64,000 bases of DNA from assembly GCA_002269645.1 (NCBI GenBank), contig NIVC01001170.1, positions 1 through 64,000 on the forward strand, read 5' to 3'. The translations under genes were made by a program, and so were the position numbers. This stretch comes from Macrostomum lignano. Taxonomy: Eukaryota. Position 1 is the stretch's first letter; every line of letters begins with the position of its first letter. Shown here in pieces: positions 48,135 through 59,500 of the stretch. A model generated the notes under the pieces. It saw nothing but the letters and a program-made list of their open reading frames with translations. It did no database searches and had not been told where the DNA came from.

Positions 48135-49990
48135 CAGTGCTGGGCAAGTTAATCAATTTTTTTAACTCGTTAAAAGTTAAAAAGTTAATTTAATTGCTCC
48201 AAAAAAATTAACTGTAACTAGTTAATTATTTAACTTTTGCCCAAAATTTAACTTCTGAAAAGTTAAAGTTAATAATTCTCTAACGGAAAAAGTGACATTT
48301 TCCCGGACATGCGTCCGGCGCGTTTTTTAAATTTCAGGTCGGCGCGGCGCGGCTGTGGCCAGGTCGCGGTGCGGCGCGCCGCGCCGCGGTGGCGCGACGC
48401 AGCGCAGGAGGTCGTTCGGCGGCGCGGGAAGTCGCGCGGCGGCGCGACATGGCGCAGAATGGTGCAATGCGACAAGGAAATATCTATGCAGCGCGACGCG
48501 GAGCAGCGCAGCAGGGAAGGCAGAATTGCAACTACATGTATACAACTAGGGATGTCGACCCCGGCAGGGCTCCCCGGGGCCCCGGGGAGCTTGTCGGGGA
48601 ATACTCCCCGGGGAATTAGACCGGGGACCCCGGGGAGAAAAAAGCATTTTTAACTAAATTTTTGCCATTTAAATAAGAAAATCATTCACAGAAAGCTGAT
48701 TGAAACTCTGTCTATGCTTTTTTTACCGCAAAACTGCTTATTTCAATGTATTATTTCAAACACAACACACGTTTGAATGGGGGGGGGTTCATAAGACCGA
48801 AATTTCACAACGCCGAAACACCATACTTCACAAGACCGAAACTTCATAAGATCGAAATTTCACATCGTAGAAAACCTTACAATAAGGATTGTATTGCATG
48901 CAGAATTTTCGGCGTTGTGAAATTTCGGTCTTATGAAGTTCGGTCTTGTGAAGGGTAGTGCTTTTCGGCGTGTTGTGAAATGAGTCTTTCAATCAAGCAA
49001 ATTGAACGTACGAGCGTAGAAAGCCGTCAGGAAAAAGAAGCCTTACTGACTGTTGTGTTGGTCTGCGTTGACGGCTTGACGCATTTGACGCAGGCACAGC
49101 GCTGTATCCTGCGTCAGTCACTGACGCATAGGGGGTGTCATACAATAACAAAATACTCCCTATTAGACAGGACAAAATGGTGATTTAGATGTATCTGCAA
49201 GAAATTAAAATTCCGATTATAAAAACAGTCTCATTCATTAATTATCCTCCCTCGAGTGCAGCTGCTGAGTATGCATTTTCCGCCTCCGGAGTCTGGACCC
49301 TTTCTGATAAAGGTGCGCGCACGATTTGGTGATGCCATATTGTCAAATACAGTTTTAAACAAACATTGCCTTAAGTTTTTACCCTTGCGCCTTGAACATG
49401 TAGTCCATCCAAAGCTTTAATCAAAGTTTAAGAAATGCCACTTAGTGACTTAAGATCTAAGTCATCCGCCGTTTTTTACTTCTTTTTTCCCCGGAGTCCC
49501 CGGGGTCCCCGGGGAATGGCAGTAAATTACCCGGGTCCCCGATAAGAAAATTCCCCGGGGAATCGACATCCCTATGTACAACGATAACTTCTAGTAGTCC
49601 TTGGGTAGAATATCAATAGATAATAATTGAAGATTCCAGAATCTTCCGGAATATTCAATACATTATAACTTGTAACTGAAATTATATACATGTAATAGTA
49701 GTTTGTGACGCGTTAAATAATGCTTAGAAAGGCGAAGTTATTTTATGTATGTATTAATTTTACTTTTTAATGGCATACAAGCTGTTGAAACCCGCGGATT
49801 TTGACCCCGGGGAACTCTATTTCCCGGAATTATTAACTTTTGTCATTTAACTTTAACTTACAGAAAAAAATTAACGATTTTTGTTAACTAGTTAATACAT
49901 AAAAAATTTAACGAAAATTTAACGATTTTTAAAAAAATTTAACTAGTTAATTAACTAGTTAAACAATTAACTAGTTAACGCCCAGCACTG
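48135..49990. mobile_element. hAT-type non-autonomous element (outer)
   Basis: TIR CAGTGCTGGGC..GCCCAGCACTG; perfect 8-bp TSD ACTGTTAC (48127-48134, 49991-49998); subterminal TTAAC repeats. Confidence 0.9.
48547..49574. mobile_element. hAT-type non-autonomous element nested in 48135-49990
   Basis: TIR TAGGGATGTCGA..TCGACATCCCTA, an Ac-like TAGGGATG start. The TSD matches 7/8 (TATACAAC / TGTACAAC). Subterminal CCCCGGGG repeats are present. Confidence 0.85.
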
Positions 49991-50519
49991 ACTGTTACCG
50001 TCTAGCCCTTGGCCTAGACTTTGACTTTAACGTCAGCTGACCAGTAGAAAATTATATAAATTCAATCAAATTTATGAAAATGCTGTTGTCAAAAAGGTCT
50101 AGCAGAGAAAATATAAAAAAAATATTTTGTTCAAGTCTATATGCTCATTGAATTTTTTATACATTTGCGACAGTTAGAAACATAAACACTTTGTTTTACC
50201 CAGTTTTTGTTTTTTGTGCTATGCATTCTGTTTTTAAATTTTATTTAATTTAGACTTAGCTGAAAACACATGCACGTTCAGAGGACTTAGCTGTCTGCTT
50301 ACTCTGCTATCTGAAAGAAATAAAATTTTCTAGAAGTAAATTTAGCCTTACAAACGCTACGCTGGTGACTAAAGCTTTTTTGCATATTACTCTTTTTGCC
50401 GTGACAATTTGTAGCTTGTGAACTAATATTTTACTGTAAAATATAAGGCCCGAAACCGAAGGCCCAGGCCTTTTTCGCTATATCCTCTATTAAAGCACAG
50501 AGTTAATTATAATTTTACA

Positions 50520-53500
50520 ATGCCCTTTAAGTTTTTGAAGCAGCTTAAGGTGGTTGAACTTAAAGAGAAGTTGTATATACGCAAGCTTGATGTGTCTGGA
50601 AACAAGGCAGATCTTGTTGAACGCCTACGAAAGGTATTAAATCCTTGATTAGGCTAGGCCTTTTTCTTTCCTGTTTTCGTAGTTTTATATTTGTACATTA
50701 ATTGCTCGCTTTATTGTCCTTTTAATGCTAGTCTACTGGCTTTTAGTTAAAAAATAGCAAAAAATTAAGAGTTAGGCCAGCATTATCTAGCAAACTCATT
50801 GTCTTAATCTCTTAGTTTGATCTGTTAGTTTAATCTCTGGATTATTTTTAAAAGAGCTTTTCTTGATTGATATTTAACTACTGTATTCAAAGTATAGAAG
50901 GATTTCCATGCACAACTGAAGGTAAATTTTAGTTTTAGTCTCTTATACAATAGGGGGCCTAGTACAAGTCATAATTTTACTTTGGCTAGGGGCCTATGCA
51001 ACAATCCACAATACACAAAACAGTTCATAATAAACTCATTTTGTTAGGCCTATCATAGTTATCCCTAACAATATTTCACTTTTATTCTAGCTATAAGTTT
51101 AAGTGTTGATTGAATTTAAAAATATCATTACATTATACAATACAAAGCCAAAGGCAGACTAAAACAAAAAGTGCACCAATGCAGTTTAATAGAATGGTGC
51201 ATAATACTTTCAATAAGACTATTGTATTTTGCAGTTTTTATACTTATACTATAGAAAAAACATGTCTAAGACCAGGATGGAATTCTTACACAAAAGTTGT
51301 TAGGCGTTTGTGCATACTTGTCAAATTCATGCTCGCTGGTGCGCTGAAAAGGAGCCTACTTGCATGCTCTTAAAAAAGGTGTGTGTGTGCTCTATCGTAT
51401 GCACTTGCAAAGAAGTTGTTTGCCATAGAATCATAGACAGGATTTGACTTTAAATGCATTTAACATGGTTATATGCCATGCCACACTCCAGATCATATAG
51501 TAAACGGTGTAAGACCAAGATGGCCACACACCAAGATGGCCACAGCTGGGGTGGGGGTCACGGAGAATGACAACTGGTTTTCTATTGGATAGCTTCAGGT
51601 GGGGAGATGTGGGGTTGCAATGGGGTGGGGGTTTAGACAGGCAGTCAAAATTTTATTAGTATATTGCAAGGCTAAAGACAAAAATGGTTACGAGTCTTAA
51701 TTTTCTACTTATAGTAGGCCCCTAAAAGGTGTAAACATATTTCATATTAAACAAATCTCTTCTTCATATAAAATCTGGTGTAGCTTTTTTTTCCATTTCT
51801 CTTATTGGTCGAGACTAATTTACTTGTTTAAAGGGATAAAAACTGGGTAAATTTCATGCCCTGTTCAAAATTCATCTGTCTCATTCACTGACAGCAGTCT
51901 AAGCACTTAGATACAAAATGGCAGGCGCATATCCATGTGTGGTCTGTCTGCAGCCAGTTTGCGATGGACAAGAAGCAATTGAGTGTTCTCAATGCTTGAA
52001 TTGGCAGCACCGTGCATGTGACAGTCGCGTCACGATCGATCGGTATTCTGCATTGAGAAATGTCGGTGAGTTTTTCTGGCTTTGCAATCAATGCAATAGA
52101 TGGGCTCCTGCAGGTAACTTAGCAGTGTCTCAAGCTGCAGATGCTGCAGTGATACATGTACAAGCCCCGAATTCTGGACCAGCGGCTGTTCCTCTGCCTG
52201 CTGAAAATCCAGAACCAGTGCATTTGATTCCGGCACAAGCAGAAAATTTTCTTTACTATCATACGTGCGCAACCTTGGGAATCACCCGGCCATTTCTATT
52301 GGCTACACACACATGTAAGTCGCTATTGGCTGAGAGCAGTCACGTGACTACTATTCCATCCAATAGCGACTTACATGTGTGTGTTGCCAATAGAAACGGC
52401 CGAGTGAATCCCAAGGTTGCGCCCAAGCATGTTTACTATTTTACTATCTTTACTATCTTTAATAGCATGACACGGCCTTCACACATGGGGGCTCCAAGGC
52501 CTCCATGCTCCTTCCAGTGATTTTTTTAGAATAGTCTTTGGCTCTTAGCAAAGACAGCACACTGCCCCCATCCACCAGAAGGTGCATGGGTGGGCACATT
52601 CTCGATTGGATATTTTACAACAAAATCTCTCCTGCGTTGCCTTCTAGCTGGCCTCAGCTGGTACAAGTCGGGCACTTTTTCAAACATAGGCTTCTTTCCT
52701 ATGTTTGCTATCTATCTTTCCTATCTTTCCTTCTTTCCTAAGGGGAGAGAGTGGAGACCAGAGATAAATGAGAAGAGAGAGCAAAGATGAAAGAGAAGAG
52801 AGGTGAGGGAAGATTGACAAGCGAAGATGGGAGAGAGGAGATAGGAAAGAAGAGAAGAGAAGAAAGAGAGAAGAGAGAGAGAGAAAACAAAATAGAAGAT
52901 AGAAGTTTCAAAGGATCTGAGGGACATAGAGAGAGACAAGAGGCCAGAGATTTTGCCAATACATGTTTTCAAAAGATAAGTTTTTGTTTGACAACAACAA
53001 CAACAGAGTACGCTGCCAGTTCACAAAAGCAGCGTCAGATGGCGCGCTACAAAGCTTGGGCGCGAATAAAAGCCGCACCGCCGGCAGAGTCCGGGGCGCC
53101 GGCGTCAGCCAGCAGACAGTCGACGTAGCGCCAAGTCTTCGCCTGTCCCCACCGGTAGGGTGCCTGCAACGTAAGTAGCAGCACCTCCTACACCGGCTCC
53201 GGACAGTAGGCCTCGGCGCGGATGACGTGGCCTGCCAGCTGGTGTCACCGACGGCGCAGCAGATCGCTAGGACGGGCCAGGCTGGCGCGATGATAGAGCG
53301 CTGTGTTGGTGACTCGCTTGTTGCCGATCTTGAAGGCGGCGCGCAGCAGGCCAGCGTGCGCCGCGTCGACTTGAGCCTCGAGCGAGTCTGTCAGCGTCCA
53401 GGTCTCGGCATTGTATAACAGGACAGTCTCGATCACCGCCTGGAACAGCGCCGCCCTCTGGTGGTCCGGTAGGGCCTCGGACTGCAGGACTGACCTTATA

Positions 53501-56500
53501 GAACGAAAGGCAGCCCAAGCAAGTCCTCGGCGACGCCGCAGATCCTCGCGGACGTCGGGAACCAGACCGCCAAGGTAGACGAACTGCTGACATCTTGGAA
53601 GCTCACTCGCCTGTCCGTCAGCGCCTTGGCAGAAAATTGCAGCCTCGGTGTCGTCCGGCACGCATAGCACGACGGTCTTCTGCATGTTGACCACCAGGCC
53701 GACGCTTGCCGCAACGGCAACCAGCCTATCCAGCTGTCGTTTGTTTGAGTATGACTTCAGATTTTAGAACTAGATATAAGCTGAGCTGAGAGAGAAGATG
53801 AAAGTAGAGGCTGAGAGTAGAGAGAGGCTGAGAGTGGAGAGGCCGAGAATAGAGAGGTTGAGAGTAGATAGAGGCTGAGAGTAGAGAGGTTGAGAGTAGA
53901 GAGGCTAGTTCACATTGTTCTCAATCCCATTCCACTATACATGTAGTTTTTATCTAATGTGACTAAGCCAGGTGCTTTTAGTGCAGGGGTTGGCAAACTT
54001 TTTACCTCGATTGAGAACCTAGCTCATGACTGCCCTTCTATAGTCTGCTTCGTTGGCCCCCAAAGCGAAGCGAGGAGTCCTGATGACAGCAGGCCAGAGG
54101 TGAGGAGAGAGGGTAAGGAATAGAGAAGAGAAATACAAACTAACAAACATAGGATAAAGGAGAGGCAAAGGAATAAAGGAGAAGAGAGTTGATGAGAGGA
54201 GAGATTAAATATGAGCAGAGAGAGATCAGAGGAGAAGGGAGATTAATGGAGAGGAGAAAGGTGGGAAGGGAGAAGAGAATGAAGAGGAAAAGGGAGATGA
54301 GAGCAGAGGTGAGGAGAGAAGAGAGGATAGAGATGAGGAGAGAGGAGAGGAGAGAGGTGAGGAGAGGAGAAGGCAAGAGATGGGAGAGGAGAGGGCAGAG
54401 ATGAGAAAGAGAAAAGATTAGAGACGAGAGAGCAGAGATAAGAGAGAAAAGATAAGAGACAAGAGTGTAGAGATGAGAGAAAAGATCAGAGAAAAGAGGG
54501 CACTCCAATTTTTGCTTACTTCTATCATAACTAATACCTTTAACCTCTACCTTTAACTTTTAACATATACAAACAACACGTCAGTTTTAGTATATTAAAG
54601 ATAGGTTTGAAACTATTATCCATGGTCCAAAAACCAAATGTATTGTGCTAGTAGTGCTACTAGCTTTAGTAGGTAGTAATACCTGCTGTAAAGGGAAGTG
54701 TTTTTTGTTTTACTTAGTCTAATTTCACTAACGAAATATGTCTTCTCCGAGACTTGAAGCTAGGTCATACCCCACCCCAATCACAGCCAATAGGAAATGA
54801 GGAAATATATAGACCTATTCCTATCCAAGCAGCCATTCAGAGCTGTGGCCATCTTGGTGTGTGGCCATCTTGGTCATGTGCCTAGTATATGCCCAAAAAT
54901 TCGGGCATGCATTGGCCTTGCACACCAAAGTTAGGCATGCACAGTTGGCGTGCATCACTCCTGAGAAAATAGTATGCGTGCACACCTGGCGTGTACTTTA
55001 TAGAATCACGGGTAAGAGTTATTGTAAAGTAGAAAAAAGATGAAAAGAGTTCATTTTCAAGCATAAATTTCAAGCTTTCCGGTTTTTTCCAGCTTGTAAA
55101 AGACTATTTACACAAATTTTTGCCTATATAAACTTTCCGCTATAAATAGTATCGCCAAAAAAGCTTTAGAAGCAACAAAATTATCTATCTAATATTAAAG
55201 GTCTATTATGCAATTTAAAAAAAGGAAAAAAAGGTTGTTTATTGTCACAACGTAAAAAAAGGTATTTTATTATTGCAACACCGGCATATTTTTGAGAATG
55301 GGCGTGCACTAAATTTTTTTTGGCATGCATTTGTAATTATTCAATTTTTGTTCGGGCGTGCACCCAGCATGATCCAGAGTATGCATGCCATATAGTGTAT
55401 GTGCGCTCAAGTTCTACTTTTCATAGTCTGGAAGGTTGTGTTTACGCTGGAAAATTTTAAACAAAAATAAAACAAAGAATAAAAGTTTTTAGCAAAAAAA
55501 GTTACTTTGAAGTTTAGTGAAACTCTTATAATTTTTAAAGAATATTTTCTCTAAAAATTATAGTGTTCAAGCTACTATACACTTAAAGTATAACTTTCTA
55601 ATTTATGTCGGCATAAGAATTGAAAAACTAGAAATTTCATTTTTTAGCATATAGACCCACCATGCTCTGTATCATGATTTTTTACAGCTAGCGTGTACAC
55701 TGCTCGTTTTCCTACCCCAAGCAAGAATTCCATCCTGGGACTAAGATATATTGTAAATTTCATTATGCATTCTGATATAATTAAGTATTATATAGTATAC
55801 CATATAAAAAATTTAGAACAACTCTACAATCAATGTACAAGGGGTGTCCCAAAAGTCTATGCAAAGTCTTTTTGTGACTACACTGGCTATTTACCAAAAT
55901 CATACATGCCCAACTTTGAAATTTCACCTAGCTTTGCAACTTACTTTGTGACCAAATATGCAACTTACTGATTAAAGAAGCTCTACTAAAGCAAAAATTA
56001 ATGTGACTTGTGTAACTATGCATTATTATCATGAGTATATTATTAAGTAACTATGACTATATTTTAGGCTAAATTCTTTGTCATCTAATTAGTAGTACAA
56101 TGTCTACTTTTTTAATTTTGGGTTAGCATTTTTGTGACTTACATTTGCTAGACCTTTTGTGCCACCTAGCCAAATTGGCCAGGTCAGCTAAGTGTTAGGC
56201 ATGTATGACCAAAATGGTCTTTTCTTATTACAAAAATGAATATTATTAAAAAGAAACATCTCACTAAAATCACAATAATCCTATTGGAAAGGTTAAGTAT
56301 TTGACAAGTCAATAGTAGTATGCTATCCAATCACTCTTATTTGGTTACCAAACACTTATTTGAAAAAAGCAGTACTATAAAATTTTTTATCAAGTAGCTA
56401 GCTTTCAAGTTTCAAACATGGCATCAGAGATGTTGTGTATCACCCTGCATTTGGCCTTGGCCCTTGATATGGGCCCAAGACACCCCAATAAAATATCATG

Positions 56501-59500
56501 TTGGTACTGACCATTGGGTTGTTGGGGTCCTCAAAATAGAGTCAATAATTTAGAGTGACAATATATTAGCCAAACATTTATCATTCATATATAAAATTTG
56601 TTTTGGTTTGCTGAATTATAAAAATGTTGCTTAGAATCATTAAGTCATTTTAAGCTACTCTATTGCAACCCATAGATTAATTTAACAATTTTATTATAAG
56701 ATGTGTTATTGATACTTGGTTAAAAGTGTCCCCTTAATTTAATGCCTTCAATTTGTTATTAACCTGCAAAATTTTAGAACATGGAAGAAAATGGCGAAGA
56801 TGCTAGTGAATACCAGTTTGAAATTGAGACACGCGGTAAGATTATTGATTAATGTTTTTCTCACACTTTACTTGTTATTAATTAAGGCGTAACTGTGCGA
56901 AGTGCAAACGTTATGAAAACTTCACCTTTCTATTGTTTTATTTTAGATGGCGATAATGCCCGGCTAAATGATTCGAAAAAAGAAGATCCACCAACAACTA
57001 TAGAGTCTGACATCTACTCAACTGACGTTGTAGACTATGTTGATGTGAGTAGTGGGTTATATGATTTTTTATTGTTGTAGCAGCAGTTTACTTTTTTATT
57101 GATAAATGAGTTATGGCGAGACTAATATAATATTCTCTTAAACTTTGCAGGACGTTCAGGAAGAGTCTGGTGGTAAGCAATCATGTTTACATTCTTATTT
57201 GCATCGTCAGCTTTCATCTGCACTCCCTTATCCTTCAGTGAAAGCAGAGTGTCCCTAATTGAATCCCGCAGTTGAAAATTTGTCAGAAAAAGTTGCAACC
57301 GAAGAAGACGGAGACAACGATTCTATGGCCGATGCTCACCTAGCGAGTCAGCAGGATGAGGAGCCGCAATTGCAGGAGTCTGGCAACGCGTCTAGCATCG
57401 CTAAAGATGAAGATAAACAACAAGAAGATGAATCTGCAAGCGCCGCTGAAGTTCATTCAAACGCGATAGTGTCAAAGCCGGTTTCAACTACTGCCGCTGA
57501 GGAGGCTTCGCTAGAGGTGCACGTTGAACAAACGGACGATCTCGACGAAGATTTGGCTAAGCATCAACGCTTGTCGTTGTCTTCTGCGGCTAAAAAGAGT
57601 CAGCAAGCTCATAAGTGGGCTTCTAAATCTAATGGGTTTGTAGTTTCGTTTTGTCTATTTTTATTGATGACTTTGCTGCATCTTAACTATTGTTTTGAAT
57701 AATTTATTAAAAATTCCACTTTGCCAGCTCCGCTTCCGGACAGTCTTCTGCCGCTTCTAAGTCTAATGCTGTACCCGCGTCTAAAGGTAAGTCGGCAAAC
57801 TATTGTTTAATTGTGAAACGGCTTCCCTTACTATACGAGTTACTGATGACTGCAAGTTTCAATTTGTGGCAAGTTTGTTTAAATGTTGAAAAATGGCGGG
57901 ACGGGGGGTCTGCTGTTGCAATATGCAGCCTACAACTGATTCGACTGCAGCACGAATTGTCAAACAAAGACCGAGTCGACTGCAAGCCAGGATCTACTAC
58001 AGAGATTCAATCTGTTCGACTGCTGTCAGAGCCTACTAACTCCGTGGACATCTAAATTGATCTTGGGTTTTATTTCTTTTGGTACATAACGATTTCAGTC
58101 GACAGAACCATGGATTAAACAACAATAAAGATCATTGGTCTTGCACTCCAGTTATTGTGGTATATGTCTGTGCTTCAAGTCAAGAATCCGCAGTTCGAAG
58201 CAACAGCATTAAAGAGGATTAGAAAACAAATAAACAACTGATCCTTGGGCACCATAAGTATTGTGGTAATAATGTTTTAGGCCCAAGTTTCCACAGCTCA
58301 AATCGAGAATATTCAAGAAGAACAAAGAACTTAAAGCATTGATCGTGGGATCCAATTCTTGTGGTAATAATTTTTATTCAAGTTTCCACAGCTCTAATTG
58401 ACATGATAACAACAAGGACAATCTGCAACTATTAAATCAACGCTTTGTTGCGCATGTCAAGTCTTCAAAGTAAATAAATTGACGAAACTTATTGCTCTGT
58501 CTTGTCTTTGAGTTCGAAACGTCGGTAAAAAAAGACAGGAAACGCTGGGGAAGAAAAACTATTCGCCCAAAATATTTAAATTTCGTTCTTGCAGACAGCA
58601 AAAGCCTGTGGGTTAGCAACATCCACAGCAGTACAAAGGCCGTGGATCTCAAACAGCTATTTAGCAAGCACGGCAAAGTTCTCGCTGCTAAAATTGTTGT
58701 CAACGCTAAAGGATCCAATCAGAAGCGCTACGGCCTCATACAGATGTCATCGGCTGACGAGGCTGACAAATGCCAGAAGAGTCTGCACAAGACTAGCTTG
58801 CATGGTCGGACAATCTACGTTGACCGGGCCAATTCGGAGCCATCTACTACTAAAAAAGCAGAGTCAGCATCATTGACTACTACTAAGTCGTCTTCATCAG
58901 CGGAAGCGACTACCGACGCGACTAAGTCTGCAACCACTGGCTCGTCGAAGTTAGAGACGACATCGACGACAAAGACTGCCGACAATAAGCCAAAGCCCGG
59001 CGTTATCAAGTTGCCAATTACGTCGTTCTCTTCTAACCAGGAGTCGGCGCGGACAGCGGCGGCTTCGGCTTCAATGTCGCGCGGCGGCAGCGGTCCGATC
59101 TCCAATTAGCGGACGCGCCGGCAGCGCCAGAAGCCGATCGAGGCAGCGTCAGCAGCACGGCCGACCGTCTACTGATCAGCGCCGGAGCGCCGGTAGCGAT
59201 CGTCGACGCGGTAGCGCCGACGGCGCCGGTAATATTAGTAGAGTCCCCAGTGCTTTGCAGGGTGATCGGCGACGGTCCAGCGGCGGCAGTCGGGACCGCA
59301 ATAACCGAGGACGAACTGCCAGCAGTCGGGATCGGGACAGTCGGGCGCGGACAGGAACAAGTCGGGACAGACTTGCCGAGGCGCATCATCAGCATCGACC
59401 TGGCGCTCACACGTCTGCCCGGTCTAATCCTCCGCGAGAGCGGCGCACCTCGATGGAGAATAGCGGAATCCGGCGCCAAGCTGGCGCTCCTAGTTCCGGC

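Larger units (their letters stand above)
51513..54875. mobile_element. Putative DNA transposon with 35-bp perfect inverted repeats carrying a PHD-finger ORF
   Basis: GACCAAGATGGCCACACACCAAGATGGCCACAGCT (51513-51547) and its exact reverse complement (54841-54875) enclose ORF 51918. The outer ends and TSD are not resolved. Confidence 0.6.

Noticed and set aside
57239-57271. Earlier AG acceptors for the SAFB acidic exon
   Set aside because: They include an in-frame TAA at 57256; the acceptor at 57271 keeps the frame.
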